Below are positions 46,720 through 61,409 of a stretch of 64,000 bases of DNA, piece by piece. How positions within the stretch are numbered: position 1 is the first letter of the stretch; each line of letters opens with the position of its first letter. This stretch comes from Veleropilina oligotropha (Eukaryota). A program made the position numbers and the translations under genes. The stretch spans positions 372,001-436,000 of the forward strand of contig JBEUKZ010000084.1 of the NCBI GenBank assembly GCA_048128005.1, in the 5' to 3' direction. The notes under the pieces are model-generated. The model was not told where the DNA came from. It saw only the letters and a list, made by a program, of their open reading frames with translations, and did no database searches.

Positions 46720-48910
46720 TTTGGCTCGCATGCAACGCAAATGCGAGTCTATGTAATGAGCATTCGTCTGGCCGTTCGTCCATCCGTCTGTCCGTCCGAC
46801 CGGCGTTAACAATTGGTTCTCCTGTTAAAGTTTTTGGTTCAAGTTTCTCAATCATGCTATATAAGCAACAATATGCATGTTTTAACATTTCTATATGCTA
46901 GATATCACTATTTCCAGCGCTGAACTTAACTGGCGAATGGTCATTCAGGTTACACATAGGTCGCCCGTTTTTTAATAACGGTCAACAGGTAGCCGCCATC
47001 GCTGACACTGTAGTATTTCCGGGTTAGCAGAGTAACTCAGTATATAAAACTCATTCAGTTACGAAAATTAACAATAATTCTCAAGAAAGGTATGCATTGA
47101 AATTACCAAGGCTAAAAGATGAACTGGTTATTTACCTTTTATTATTTAAAACATTCAGATAATGCTGGCGAAGTCTGCTTACAGTAGCCAAACTTTCGAT
47201 ACATGACACCATTACGTACACATCCAAGTCGAGGACACATTTTCGAACGCATGCTTTATATCATTTACATTGTCAAGAGTTGCAAAGAGTTCGCACTGAG
47301 TTATAGCACATGTCTGACTCTGGTGATATTCAGCTGCAGCTGTGTTACTGCTGAAATTTAGATACAGCTTGAGATGCTGACGTTAAGATTATCAACAAAA
47401 CAACACAATTTCATTTTCTGAATTGTTAACGATTGTATTGTGACATCATGAGAATAACAACATAGAATAAAGATATATATTTTATTAAATTAATTGAAGT
47501 ATTTTTTCACATTTGAGTTGAATCAGATAATGTTAATACTAGTAGTTAATAGTGTTTATTGTAATTTAAAGGGAATATGCATGTTATTTTCAAGATAAAC
47601 AGTATTAGACAAAATTGAATGTTAATTCTTGGTGACTGCCAGTAAGAGAAGTAATGAAATGAATTTTTGCTGGTAACCTGTTTTAAAATAGGTTACCAGA
47701 AGTAAATTTGTGGTAACCTGTCAAGGTTACCACTAAAGGTTACCACTCCCGTTCTTTAAGTTCAGCCCTGTAAATTTCATCGTTGCCTCACACTAAATAA
47801 ATAATATTGAAGGTAATTTCCTTCGAATTTCACCATAAAATACTGCTTTTGGACTTTAAAAATTTTGTTACAGTTTTTGGTTCAAGTTTCTCAAAAATAC
47901 TATATAAGGAACAAGATGCATGTTTTAGCATTACTATATGTTGAATATCACTATTTCAGTGTTATCTGACGATAAATAAATAATATTGAAGATAATTGTG
48001 CCCCACACACAAATTTTAGGGGGGGGGGGCATATAGGAGTAAGCTTGTCTGTCTGTCGGTCTGTTGAAAATTGCGTTCCGCTCCATATCTACGATAATAT
48101 TTCGTCTAGGGACACGAAACTCTATGTGTGGATGCGTCATAACCCAAAGGTGTGTCGCGTACCGAAAGTAGGTCACCGCGACCCACTTTTCATGTTTGAT
48201 CGCACTTTGTTTAAAATTCCCTTCCACTCCATATCTCCCATACTATTTGACCGAGGGACATGAAACTTGATGTGTGCATGCATCTTAACCTAAAGGTGTG
48301 TCGCGTACCAAAAGTAGGTCACCACGATCTACTTTTTACGCTTACCTGCGTTTTGTCCAAAATTCCTGTCCACTCCATATCTCCCATGCTATTTGACCTA
48401 GGGACATGAAACTTGTTGTGTGGATGCATCATAACCCAAAGGTGTGTCGAATAGCAAAAATAAGTCCCTATGGCCTACTTTCCATGCTTGACCGCATTCT
48501 GTTCAAATTTCCCTTCTGCTCCATGTCTCCCATTCTATTTGACCGAGGGACACAAACCTTCGGGTACCAAAAGTAGATCATTGCGACAGCTTGTTCCTGG
48601 GTCAAGTGCTTTTGTTGGGGCATTAATGATCACTTCTGTGATAAGTCTAGTTTAATTCAAATTTTACCATAAAGTTCTGCTTTTGGACTTAGAAATTTGC
48701 GTTAAAGTTTCTCAAGCATGCTATATATGATATGCAACAATGGCATACTTTGGCATCTTCCTTTGTCAGATATCACTACTTCATTGTCATCTAACCTTAG
48801 AGTAGAAATATTGAAAGCAATTTAATTTAATTTAAATTCTGCATATAAATAGCTCTTTTGGACTTGCACATTTCCATGTATGCGTGCCATTTCGAGCTTT
48901 AGCACTTGTT
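46720..48910 (+). mobile_element. Nested non-autonomous repeats: outer Helentron-like element containing a TIR element (46915-47770) and a second Helentron-like element (~47996-48650)
   Basis: (gtcc) microsatellite head, terminal inverted repeats gctgaacttaa / ttaagttcagc, tandem units with aaggtgtgtcg. Confidence 0.5.
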
Positions 48911-49602
48911 AAGAGAGAAATCTTTCACTGTTTCGCAAATTATTTTAATGAAGAAAATTGGCCAAATATGACTTTTTTTGTATTTGATGATTTGGCGAAC
49001 TAAAGCACCCGATTGTATGTATTGTCAAGCGCGAGCTGATCTCCTGGGTTGGCCTCATTTACCCACCTGTCTTGTGTTGTTTAGCTGCATGGATCAATAC
49101 GACTGTTTCCGTCTAGACCATGTTGCTGTCCTTAATCGAGATATTTTCTTTGTCAATGGAGCGTAAGAAATATGGGCCTGCATTGGTTTTTCATTTGAAT
49201 GATGTTCGATTTTTAAATGTTCAAACTGTTTTGATAATATTCGCTCTATTGAAATATATATTTGTTTAGCCTGTAGGCTGTCAGATCATTTTACCTGTAC
49301 TTCAACTGTTGTAAAGGGAGCAGTCACCTGCATTCAGAAAGTCCTTTATTAATGTACTTGTGTATTGTACGTGTAATTGGACCGCCTTGATGAGTCATAG
49401 CAAAGCACATTTTCTAATCATCTTGCTGATGAATAGACAAGGAGAAGAAAATACCTGTTTGAATCGGGCCATGAATAATGCATTTTAATGGATAATAAAG
49501 TCGTGTAGTTAAGCCAAAACATTTTCTTGTTCCAAGACATCTGTTGTAAAGAAAGTAATGAAAACTGATCATAAATATTTTAACTATATCTGGCTAAGTA
49601 GT

Positions 49603-49695
49603 TTGTTGAAATTTAATGCTTTCTCATGTTGAAATTTAATGCTTTCTCATGTTGAAATTTAATGCTTTTTCATGTTGCAATTTAATGCTTTCTCG
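49603..49695 (+). repeat. 23-bp tandem repeat, about 4 copies
   Basis: gttgaaatttaatgctttctcat repeated. Confidence 0.8.
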
Positions 49696-52600
49696 TGTTC
49701 CCCTACTACCTGTCAACTATGAAAGACTATGAAATGTTAAATGATGATAGTCCAACCTGGTACTTTTATTGCTCGGGCAATTTGTGATAAATTTATTTGA
49801 AATAAAAAAATACATTGTTTAATCTGATTAAGAAATATTTAAATTGATTATTTATTAACTTGATGGTATGAATACAGCTAACAAAGATAACGACATACAA
49901 AGTGCTCTTTATCGACAACATACTGGAATAACCTTTCATGAATCATATACATTTGCAGCATTCAACTTGTCAATTCATAAGAGAATATTTTTTGTATGGC
50001 CATTTCAACTAACCACCGGATCCTTGATTGATATTTAACCATAAACGTTGACACATGACTTAAAATCAATAATGAAATAGGTATAATATATATTACAATA
50101 GGTGTTGCTTCCATTCTTCAAGAGCTTCTAACGTGCGTAATTGCATATATATCCAGGTGAAGTGAAATACATAGTAATTTACTGCTTTCAATAAATTTGA
50201 TGACTACGAGTGTCTCAGAATTGGCAAATCGTACACTGGTAATACTAGGCCATGTTCTGTTTTCAGCCTACATCATTTCAACTGTACATAGCATTTAACT
50301 TACATCTAAAACCAGCATAGGTTGTTAGATTGCTTTTCCAAATTACATTAAACCTAAAGTGGTACAGTATAAGTATCCGAATGTGTCGTGAAGTGCTCAG
50401 ACCATCATTCGGGCATATATAGACCGATTCATAACGATCCTGGGTATCTTTGGTCTTGGATTTCACCATCGATACACCGCTGCTTCCTTCCTAGGGGCTG
50501 CTACCTTCTCTGACCTTTTCCTGCTGGTTAGCCCCTGGCCCCTCGGGGTCTTGTGGATCTACATGCTGACCCTGAGTCCTGGTTTATTACCATCAGACCA
50601 CTGCAGATTCCATCCAGATCTATTTCCATCTTGGTTCACATGGATCTATATTGGTCCCACCAGTTTCCACTATAGGACACATACCAGGCGGTTACCAGCA
50701 GATGGCCATCTCACCAGCTGCACATTTATAGATGATAGGAAACATGAACAGAGAATGTCTGTAGTGTGTTCAGTTTACAAGAGGTAGTTAATGGTTTATG
50801 ACAATGACAATGCTGGAATAGCATGCATTTTAAATGAAATTGTGTTTATTGTTTTGGGTCGATGCTTTATGTCCCATTATAACAATCTTCATGGTCATAT
50901 CAGGACATGTCCATATTATCACGGGAGAAAACTCTGGAAAACCAGCCCCATGCAGCTTGATATGGACAAAGGTAACTGTTAGCTGAACAAAGGTGACTAT
51001 CTGCCCATTGTAATTCACTGCCACGAATTGAGCAGTGAATTGAGAGCGGGCATGCTCTTATTGACTACCGTACATCGCCGGGTGGCCTTTTTAATGGTCT
51101 AGAATGTGAACCTTCCTTAACGCTTATATGCACTATTATTTATATTCATGCTGCTTTCAAAATTAAATACGCTACCTAAGTCAGTTATGTAGAATTTTTG
51201 ACATTTGCATTCCATATAAACATTATTCTGATTTCACTCTCGACTTGACATCTCATCCGTACAATTAATTTTGAAAATTTGTTGTTAATAATTTTGGACA
51301 GTTAATATTTTCTTTGCTGCCTGTTTTGCTGTTGCCATGGGCCCTCTCTGTGATCTTGGCTGCTTCTACCCACCACTGGATGCCTGAGACCCCGAGTGGT
51401 CACTACAGCTAATTGAATTCCTGGAACACTGCTCCGCAAATATGCACTCAACAAAAATAGCACATATTTATTTAATAATATCTCTGCCGCTGTATAAGAT
51501 AACACCACTTGATACCATTGCCATCATGGTCATCACGAACGCGTTGTTAAATCATTTTTGGAATTGATCTTTGGTTGTATTTCAATGTTTCTATTCTCTC
51601 CAGCACCACCAGCCGGATTCCATGTTTAAAAAGCTTTTACCATTTTCGCAGTTCGCAGGAGGAGATGATCTCTAACACTGTGGTAGCTTCCATGTCGGTT
51701 GTTTCAACATATTATATAACAAAAGACTGGCTATCTAGCATTGACTTGAGGCAAAATGGAATGGCCTGCCTTAGATTTCATCAGTAGTCGTCAACGAAGA
51801 TAGGCAATCAGAGACATCATTATTTCAGAGGACTGTACATTTATCAGAGCTGTGTAATGTCGCCCTCCAGTAAAGAGTGTTCTGTCTAACCATCAGCTGC
51901 AGCAATCACACCAACAGGATGACATTTCTGGTTCTAAACAGGAAATTGACCAGTGGCAGTAGTGGTTTTGAGTGGAACACTGGCTAACTGCATTTGACAG
52001 AGCTCTGATAGATGTAGAAGGTCAAACCTACAGCCACTTCAGCAGTTTAATATACAGTAAAGTGGCATAAACAAGTGACCTAGAAACAGTTAAAATACTG
52101 CCATTGTCATGAGAGTAAGACATTGTTAGTGTTTTTTAATGTAAAAATATGAAACATGTGAACAAGTAGGTTGGGGTTTGTCCTTACCGACGACCACATG
52201 GATATTATATTGGCATTAATTTAGGAGACATTATATAATCACACACGATAACTAAAGGTATCATCTAAAAAAAAAGTCAAATTTTGTAATGGGAAATCTC
52301 TAGACGACCAGTAATATAAATAGCATGTGTGTTTCTCAATGGGACAAAGTTTGGATATATGAAATTTTCTAGCTGTGTATAATATTAGTTACTGCGTGCA
52401 CCCTAGTCTGGATAGCTTTACTTATTGGGGATCTGTTAAACAGGAGGCACACACATACTGCATGTGTGCTGTCCCCAATGATTCATAGCAGTCCAGCAGA
52501 TCATCGGTTACCACAACAACAAGAGCTGGCCTCATCCTTTACATCTGCTACAATCAGGGACAGAAATAGGTTGACTCATCTAGATGAACTTTATTAATAA

Positions 52601-55600
52601 GACAAAAAGAAGGAGAAAGGATTAATGGACGAATTCATGATTTTCTGGTGATATATGTGCAATGGTGATGGCTGTGTTTATGCGAAGCACCATCTACAAA
52701 TCTTGATAGAACCCATGATCCTTGACTTCGTATACCACTGTCGTAGCCAATAGATCACGCTACCAAGTATGATTGCAATACAGAGATGCCACGTCCAAAT
52801 CTTGTGTACAGTACTTTTTCTCAATATATCACCGAAGATTACCAATTTGAAGACCTAAGATTCAATGTTTCAGTTTGCTAAAATTTTCAAGATAGCACCA
52901 TGGTCATAAAAACATGAAATAATTAAATAGCTAAAATACAGATGGCGTCTGTCAAGCCGTTGGTATTAAAAAAATTTGTGATAATATCTTTTGTGCAGCC
53001 CTTTAAAATGTTGGTCAATTTTATATTGCTTTGGATCATTATATATACTAGCTATGGTACCCGTCTTCGCCGGGCAAGTCCCCCCAGCCCAAATTTTTTT
53101 TTTTTTTTTTTTGGATAGTGCTCCCTTAAATATTTTTTTTTTTTCCCGAATTTTCCGAATTTTTTTCGTGGTAAACCTTCCTTGGGGGACCCCGATTAAC
53201 CCCCCAAAGTTTGAAGGTCCTAGGTCAAAGCGTCTGGGAGGAGTTCAACTTGAAACAGACAGACCCGCATACAATTATAGCTCCATTATATTAAGATTTT
53301 CTCATGACATCCGATAGAAAAGTCTTCCTTCTTCACAAGACTATAAATTATGGCAGCTTATATGTAATAACAGATGTCCTCTTGACGTATTTCGAACCAA
53401 TGTTTAAGAGACGATTGCCCATAAATGCGCTTTTTTATTTTTAAAAAGAAAACTAACCGCATTACACTTTTTTTTTATAACATAACAAGTTAGGAATTTC
53501 CAACACTCAACTTTCGTCAGTACCATTTAAATTAATGGCTACTGAATATTTTAAAATACTTAAATGCGGTCCGCGTTTAATTACCTCACACAGAGTGCAT
53601 TTCCAATTGACCTAGTTGGAGTACAGTTGCGTAGGTTTCTGTTCGTCGGGTAAGGTAACTTTCTACTTGACAAGAACATATATTGCCCAGTTACAATAAT
53701 AATTTCAATAAAAGTCTTTCATTTGATCTTATATCGATTATATCTTCGTGACATTTTTATCAATCTACACAGTCACGAAAAGAGCGCATTTACGAGCAAT
53801 AGTCTCTTTAACATTAATGTTCCAACTTCCTTCCACATATAAAATAAGCTGTCATGTGTATCTATAGCAGTACATAAAATAAACTGCCATCATTCTAATG
53901 GAATAACTTTTATATGATAATTTTGGCTTCTATTTTTCTTGCCCAGCGAAGCAGACTGGTGTTTGCAGTATTAAGGAAAGCCTTTCCCAGCCTCATTGTT
54001 GCCTTCTGTGTTCCTGATTGTGCAGATAAGAGTCAGGTCGTGACCCCTGACCTCAGCCTGTGGGTTGTGCATAATGGCTGCCCTTTATTCCAGGCCAGAC
54101 ACAGTGGTCCCATGCTGGCTAGATTAAGATCTCCTTATTGCTGATCTTCTGAGATTATCGCAGTCATTAATCCAGCACAGGCTAAATAAAGGTCATCTTG
54201 ATAACTCCGGCCTTTCTGCTAGTGTATTTTATCAAAAGATTAATATTTAATTGATGTTTAAGTTTAGCATGTGGCAACAGGTAAAGTTAAAATTTTATAC
54301 ATTAATTGCTGGACATTTTGAATGAAATAATTGTTAGGACAATGTCCATTCATTAAGCCTGAAAATTAACATATATTGAATTTGATCCAATATAAGCAGG
54401 TTTTCGCTTGGCTGATTTTGTTGTTACTTGTGAATATCATCAGCATTCCAGAGATGAAATTAATAGATTAAAAGTTGAAGTCTGAAAGTGATAGCCGAAT
54501 GATTCATCAGATTGATTTGACTGCATCATACATCTACTAAATACATAGCCATGCAATGGTTTGCATCAATGGCGATTAAGTGTAATTAATGACTATTATT
54601 TTTTATGTCTAATAATATTATATTGTTGTCGTACAATTGTGTCTGCCTATCCTTGACTGCGATTGCCACCTCTATCTATAAATCACCAAGACATGATGCA
54701 ACCCAGCCACTTGTCCCATGACAGGCTGGTGATATATAGCTGTGATAATGTCATATCATATAACTACTGTACTTCCAGTGATATGTATCTAGCATGTTTC
54801 TTTATAGAGCAGAAATAACACCCTGGTTTCAGATTTGCTCTGGTTTCATATAGATGGAATGTTGAGCATCTGTAAACTTGACTATGCCTGTGTGTTTATT
54901 GTTAACATTCATGTGAATCACTGATCCGGGTTCATCATTAAGAAGGCATTGTCTCAAACAATTGATTGTAACATCTGATTTAACATCAATTTTCAATGAC
55001 ATTGACAATGTCTTCATGATTCGCAGTTTATTGTAGGTAACAATTACTTCATATTAACAGCCACCCGGTTGTCGAATGGACAAGAACCGCCGAGGCTCAC
55101 AATTCACTTGCCTGTCTGCTCTGATTCATTGAGAGGGTTTGGATCCTCACCTTGGCACTTTGTGGAGTTAACCTTTTAAGCGTCACAGTCTTAACCCCTA
55201 GAACCTGCTTTTCCGGTCTGACCAAGAGCCGCAGGGACCCGACAGACCGGTTTTCCGGTCTGCACATGGTGTTGTTTGCTGGGGAGCCAGAGTCGGGACA
55301 CCTCTTGCTTGGGGAGCCAGGGTTCAAAGGGTTAATGTGGCGACACATTGCCTATCACATTTTAAAATTTGGTGAAACAGCAGTCAGGCAAGCTCATTCA
55401 GTTCAATACTAGGTGGCTTCATATATTAGTCAAAAATAAGGAGCCAGTAATAACGTTAAAACATTGTTGAAAATTGTGTTAATGGAATACATGACCTTTT
55501 GCTTAATTATTATAGCTAGCTGCATGCCATCAAATACCACATGGCTAATTGCTCATCTTTTTGTGGTGATGCTCAAAAGACTAAATTATAATTATGTTCT

Positions 55601-56584
55601 GTGAAATTGGCATGTGTGTTATAAGAACTTCTGCAAATCTTATTTATATCAGATCTTTTTCAAAGGAAATTTTCTCTTTCCTTTGAAAAGAGTTTTTCCT
55701 GACCTAGCTGGTGTTGAATTATTGATAGATAAATTGAGCTAATTACCACAGATCTGGTTTTATGAGCGTCTGGTCACTGGCTCTGTTTGTGTCTTTTTGA
55801 TTACCAATAACTGGTTTATCCAGCCATTCGGCCACTTATTGCCAGTCTTTATTGATTACAATGCCTGTTATATTGCTTCCGGTGAACAAGAGATGAAAAC
55901 AGACTAAAATCAAATATATGGGGGACAACTCTGTTTGCAGGCTTTAAAAAAATGTGATTTGTTTTCGAAGGTAGCCTTTCCATTCATATGGTTTCAGCAT
56001 GCGTTTACGCTGAATGTCTGGAGCGTCATCGCAAGGGAATTCCATGGCTTATCAAATCTGGTTACCATGGCATTTTTTGAAGTGATTATCGTTTATTTAA
56101 ATCATTGCTGTGACGTGCTCCTATATATTCACATGTGGTTTAAATAACTATATTGATATTTAGGACATCGGAAATACTTATATCGGAAGTATTCAGACAA
56201 AAATAATGTGTTTATTTTAATAGGCTATTATATTTTTAAATTTTGCAAAGAATTAAGTCTGTTATATCACTCCATTTTTCATCTAATCGAAGAAGCCAAC
56301 GACTACAAAATGGACTTCCGATCTTCACCGGCCATGTTTGTGAATTTCCTGACCAGTGAATTAAATACTCTATTGGCTCTTTATTTACGCCATATGAAAC
56401 CATACAAACGCGCGTCTTAAGTTCAGTGCGCAGAAAAGTCGCTCCTTGATTGACTTTTTTTCGGTACACGAAATCGCGTACCTGGAAATGCTACTTAATA
56501 AATAAGCAGCATCGATTAAATCGCGCACGAAATCGCGCGTGGAAACGCACAAATGGAAAGCCGGCCTAAGACTTGTATGTATAT

Positions 56585-56846
56585 GGCCGCTTCCGTAGCG
56601 CAGTGGGTAGAGTGTCCACTCTAAATTCACTGGCTTGTTTCCGCTGATGCAAACAGTAGTGGGATCGACCCCCGGCTGAGGCAGCACACATTTGTTCAAG
56701 TTATGAAGCACAGTTGTCCGTGGCTGGCCGAAGAGGGCGGGTTTACCCGGCGACCGGGGTTTCCTCCCGCGATAACACGGACATGTCCTGCCTTGAACCT
56801 CGATGTTATAAATATACAGGACATTAAGCATAATTCCTCCTCCTCC
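56585..56846 (+). mobile_element. tRNA-derived SINE, same family as 33541
   Basis: High similarity to 33541-33816, (cct)n tail, approximate target duplication acttgtat. Confidence 0.85.
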
Positions 56847-57988
56847 ACTTGTATATATTAGGCGACTGGTCAAAATCATTGCTGAAACTCATTAATTTTT
56901 TAATTGCAAATAACAGTAAATTCTACTGGAGTGAATTTCTAGGCATTTATTTCTTGTGTCTTTTGCACCTGGATGTTGTTTATAGAGAATACAGATTCAA
57001 ATGAATGGACCACACTGGTTGTCCAAGTCGTGTTGTTAATAATGAATACAGTCATACCATACCGACTGTGGCCAGAGAACAAATGAGCTCCCTAACAACC
57101 AGAGATTGTCCATCATCTTCTATAATATGGAAATTATGTCCAATATCCATCACCACTGACCTCTGGTCAACAGGGATACTCTCAGTCAGTGGTCATGGTC
57201 AATTTATGGATGGACATTAATGAAGAATTTGATAAGCATCAAGACATGGAACTCTGCAGTGCATCCAAGGTGGCATATCTGGGTATTATTGAAGCTCTGT
57301 TGTGGTGCAATGTATAGACATCCTTCAATGGGTCCATGTTAAAATATATTGCGCATAAGGAAGGGTTATTGCTTATTTGTTTTAAATTAACCTTTGTATC
57401 ATATGTATCTTAAATTTCTAAAATAGATACACACGTGCAAGATGATCAATGCGACATTGTAGCAGTAGATTAACAAAACTACATTTTATGGAGAGAAGTA
57501 TCAAAATTATTTTGCACTTGAATAATCCGTAAGAAGCACCTTCATATTTTTGTTATGCTTAATTATAATGATTGCTGTAAATTGAATTTCATAATGAAAT
57601 GTTATCATGCTGCATCTCATTTGATACTGGTGTTAATATCTCGCCCAATTTTGTCACGAGTGTGATATCTTCAAAGTTGATAATTTTGCAGGACAATGTT
57701 AAATAATATTGCTTTTGCTCTCATCATGGCATTCTATGATGCATTCTTGAGCTTGTTCATGTTAATGTTGCTACATGTAGTCCTATATAGGAAAGCTCAT
57801 TTGTATGTAGTGGTACATCCACAATCCCATGGAAACAGTGCATGGGAACTCTGAATATGCAGATATATGGTGAAATCCACTGGTTTTCAATTACGGACTA
57901 GTCAATTACGGACTACTGTGGCTAATATATCCAAACTGTCTTCACGCAGGTTTAAACCCAATTTTATTGGTATTTTGCTTTATTTCAG

Positions 57989-58073
57989 GTGCTACCAGAG
58001 AAATAGGATTCGCTCTCACCCGGCTATGCATGCGACATCGGAGCATCGAGGGCAAACTGAAAACGTTTACGTG
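57989..58073 (+). CDS. MTSS1: MTSS1-like exon (GATREIGFALTRLCMRHRSIEGKLKTFT)
   Basis: tttcag / gtaaga; MIM motif CMRHRSIE. Confidence 0.95.
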
Positions 58074-58335
58074 GTAAGAATCGATTAGAATTCTGCTTGA
58101 CCATATATTCTGTTATTGTTTTCGATTTTGTATTTCAAATTAGGCACTGAAAAGGTAATAATAATTTGAAAAGTTTTATTCGATATATATACTAGATTAT
58201 ATATGTATTTCAAATGCAGGATAAAAAGTTTGTAATTTGAAAAATATATGTCATTGAAGCAATATCTATTTTTAAAATAATTTACATTTGGTGCAGAGAA
58301 TCACCACCGATGCAATCCTGTTATTTTCCTTTCAG

Positions 58336-58427
58336 TTCTATAGTGGACAGTGTGATCTCACCACTTCAGGACAAAATTGAGGATTGGAAGAAAGTTGTTG
58401 CCCAGCTTGACAAAGATCATGCCAAAG
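58336..58427 (+). CDS. MTSS1: MTSS1-like exon (SIVDSVISPLQDKIEDWKKVVAQLDKDHAK)
   Basis: tttcag / gtcagt; WKK..QLDKDHAK motif. Confidence 0.95.
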
Positions 58428-58978
58428 GTCAGTGGGTTGACCATTAGATGCCAGCTGTGGTCAATGGGTTGACCATTAGAGGCCAGCTGTGAAATATAGT
58501 TGATGTAGTGCTGGAGCTCTCAGCCACAGGCTATTGTGTGGCCACTGGAGATGAATGTAAACTGCATGATGTTCACGCCTACAGTGACACATTACCATAA
58601 ATTTAATCCATTGTCATAAATACTGCACTCTTTGAAATATGCGGCTATACACATTATCAATACGAATGACTTCTGATATTCAAACTCTTAAATTTTATAT
58701 TCCATTTGTAGTATAATAAATATTTGAGTATGCAAATGAGACAAATACTAAACTGCTATGCATGTTATTGATTAAGCATATTTAGCCTATTGATGTTGAG
58801 AATATAAAGATGAAATCAGTGCAACATACATAGAGGGGAACAGTTATAAGTAACAGGTGTTGATGTTGGATCCGTATTATTAGAGTGAATCAGTAATGCT
58901 TATTGCGATGCTACGTCATTCAGTTGTGTACATTTATATAAATAGTTGAAATCACTCATGCATTCTATTCTGTTTCAG

Positions 58979-59053
58979 AATATAAAAAAGCTAGACAAGA
59001 AATTAAAAAAGCCAGTTCGGACACAGTCAGGTTACAGAAGAAAGCAAAGAAAG
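58979..59053 (+). CDS. MTSS1: MTSS1-like exon (EYKKARQEIKKASSDTVRLQKKAKK)
   Basis: tttcag / gtattc; basic I-BAR tip. Confidence 0.95.
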
Positions 59054-59398
59054 GTATTCAGGACTCCTTTCAATTAATTTTAAAGCACAGATATTCTCAA
59101 ACATGATCTTTGCTGTTCATTTGTACAAACATGTCGGACTCATTATTGCATACACTATGAACAACATAAGCGTTGAGTAAAGAGTTACTGTTTAACAATT
59201 TTTAGCATTGACATATGTAATAAGTATAGTCTTTACCTCCTACTCATGTGCCAAATATAAATATTTTGTAAGACGTGTTTCAGTTGAAACAATATTTTAT
59301 TGCAATCAATCGAATTAGAGAAAAGGATAAACCTATCTAGGTCCCCTCCGAAAAGACGTGTTTATGGTGTTTTATAAAAGTATTCGCTTTCCCCGCAG

Positions 59399-59556
59399 TT
59401 AAAGGCGACATGCAGCACCGTTTGGACAATGCCATGCAGGAGGTCACGGACAAGTATTTATTATTGGAGGAGTCTGAGAAGAGCTCCGTGAGATTGGCAC
59501 TGACGGAGGAGAGAGGACGTTTCTGCCACTTCATCACCTGTCTCAAGCCATTCGTG
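59399..59556 (+). CDS. MTSS1: MTSS1-like exon (KGDMQHRLDNAMQEV...ALTEERGRFCHFITCLKPFV)
   Basis: ccgcag / gtgagg; EERGRFC motif. Confidence 0.95.
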
Positions 59557-59741
59557 GTGAGGACATATAGGTGTATTCATATCAATAAACGGGTATCAGG
59601 GCGCATTGGTATGCCAATAGTTGTATTCCTAATAGATTAAGCCACCCACTGGTGTAGTGGATAAGAATTAAAGAGTGTTGATTCCAATTCACTTACATGA
59701 CTCTTCTGATTAACTTGAGTGGGCTCAAATCTGCTATGCAC

Positions 59742-60125
59742 TTTATATGCCACCACCAATTTATTGGGGTGGCATTTAGATTTACTCTTGTCCGTCCCGT
59801 CCCGTCCCGTCCGTCCCGAAACCAGTATTTGCGTGTAAGCAACTCCAATCTGCTATAACTTCTATTTGCCTTCATGGATTGACTTCATACTTTGTACACT
59901 TGCTTATCATCATTCATCCTTCGCTTCTGCGACCCATCCATGTCGCCGTATGGCCAAGGTCAAGGTCAAATGACTTAGCTCTTCAAACCAGTATTTGCGT
60001 GTAAGCAACTCCAATCTGCTATAACTTCTATTTGCCTTCATGGATTGACTTGATACTTTGTACACTGCCCCTATGGTCAAGGCTGCCAGTGGGGGCATTC
60101 GTGTCCGATGGACATATTTCTAGTT
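59742..60125 (+). mobile_element. Helentron-like non-autonomous element
   Basis: 5' hairpin atgccacc...ggtggcat, (gtccc)n microsatellite, two internal tandem units. Confidence 0.6.
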
Positions 60126-60538
60126 ACAGTTATTACAGTAATAACCAGAGGGTGTGGTCGGGTTTTAGGTGACCTGGCTTTCCTCCATCGATAATATGGA
60201 CATGCATGAACGGGTATTCCCTGAATGTGGTTAAAATCAGGCAATAAGCATCGGTCTAATGAAGCTTTCAATAATTTGATGTATCGAAAATTCCTGTTGA
60301 ACTTAAATGAATTATGATATTACAACCTGATGTGCGCTATATCAAATGTAGTGTCCAAGTGTTACGAAAATTTGGACGAGTTTTTACCTGATTATGTAGA
60401 CTAAGTGTAAGCATGATCATTAAGCATCAGCACATGATCTACCTCAGCAACATTCAAATATCAAATTAATGTAAACTAAGCTAAACGATATTGATATAAA
60501 TGAAGTTATATATTTATTGAGAGTATTTTCCGTTTCAG

Positions 60539-60694
60539 GATGTGGAGATCAGCTTGCTGTCCGAGATCTCGCATCTCCAGGAGATCATGGACAGCCTCAG
60601 TAAGCAGGCGGCCGAACCTAACGTGCTCCCCGACGCCAGCGAACAAGTCATCATGGACCTCAAAGGGCTGGACGGGCAGGTCTGGAACATCCAG
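60539..60694 (+). CDS. MTSS1: MTSS1-like exon (DVEISLLSEISHLQ...ASEQVIMDLKGLDGQVWNIQ)
   Basis: tttcag / gtaagc; SEQVI.DLKG motif. Confidence 0.95.
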
Positions 60695-61055
60695 GTAAGC
60701 AAGGGCAGGTGTGAAACACCCAGGTAAGCTGGGAGGTGGTGGGCTGAAACATTGAGACAAGCGGAGAGGTTAAAGGATGGGCAGGTCTGGAACACACACG
60801 TAAGGCTGGAATGGTCACGTTAAAACTGACAGGCTTGGACATAGCCAGGCACATTTTCAGAAAATATAAAATATTAATCACAATGTAAGCTAAAGTGCAT
60901 TTCTTGTCTTAAATATCATTTGGTCAAGACCCATGAAGGTTTGTGTCTTTCTCTTGTGAATTTTTCTCTAATTCATTGTCAATTGATGTTGATGTATCCC
61001 ACACACTCCAACCCTGAAATCGTCTCTGATTCAGCATTATATGGCAGCAAAAGTT

Positions 61056-61409
61056 GAGCATATGCAGCCTTTATGTATCAATGTCCCTGTCTTTCTCATC
61101 AGACCTCACCGAGTTCCCTAGGCTCCCGGAAGTCGAGCATGTGCAGCATTATGTATTAATGTCCCTTTCTTTCTCCTCAGACTCCACCCAGCTCCCCGAG
61201 TTCCCTAGGCTCCCGGAAGTCGAGCATGTGCAGCATTATGTATCAATGTCCCTTTCTTTCTCCTCAGACTCCACCCAGCTCCCCGAGTTCCCTAGGCTCC
61301 CGGAAGTCGAGCATGTGCTGCATTATGTATTAATGTCCCTATCTTTCTCCTCAGACTCCACCCAGCTCCCCGAGTTCCCTAGGCTCCCGGAAGTCGAGTA
61401 TGTGCAGCA
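61056..61409 (+). repeat. 78/87-bp tandem repeat of the intron-exon junction (4 units)
   Basis: Acceptor AGs end at 61102, 61180, 61267 and 61354. Confidence 0.9.

Noticed and set aside
57195..57285. Possible alternative first MTSS1 exon (MVNLWMDINEEF...)
   Set aside because: The phase would fit, but the donor is weak and there is no homology evidence.
34100..57900. Short ORFs in the 25.6-kb intron
   Set aside because: No recognisable domains or exon chains; consistent with chance ORFs or repeat fragments.
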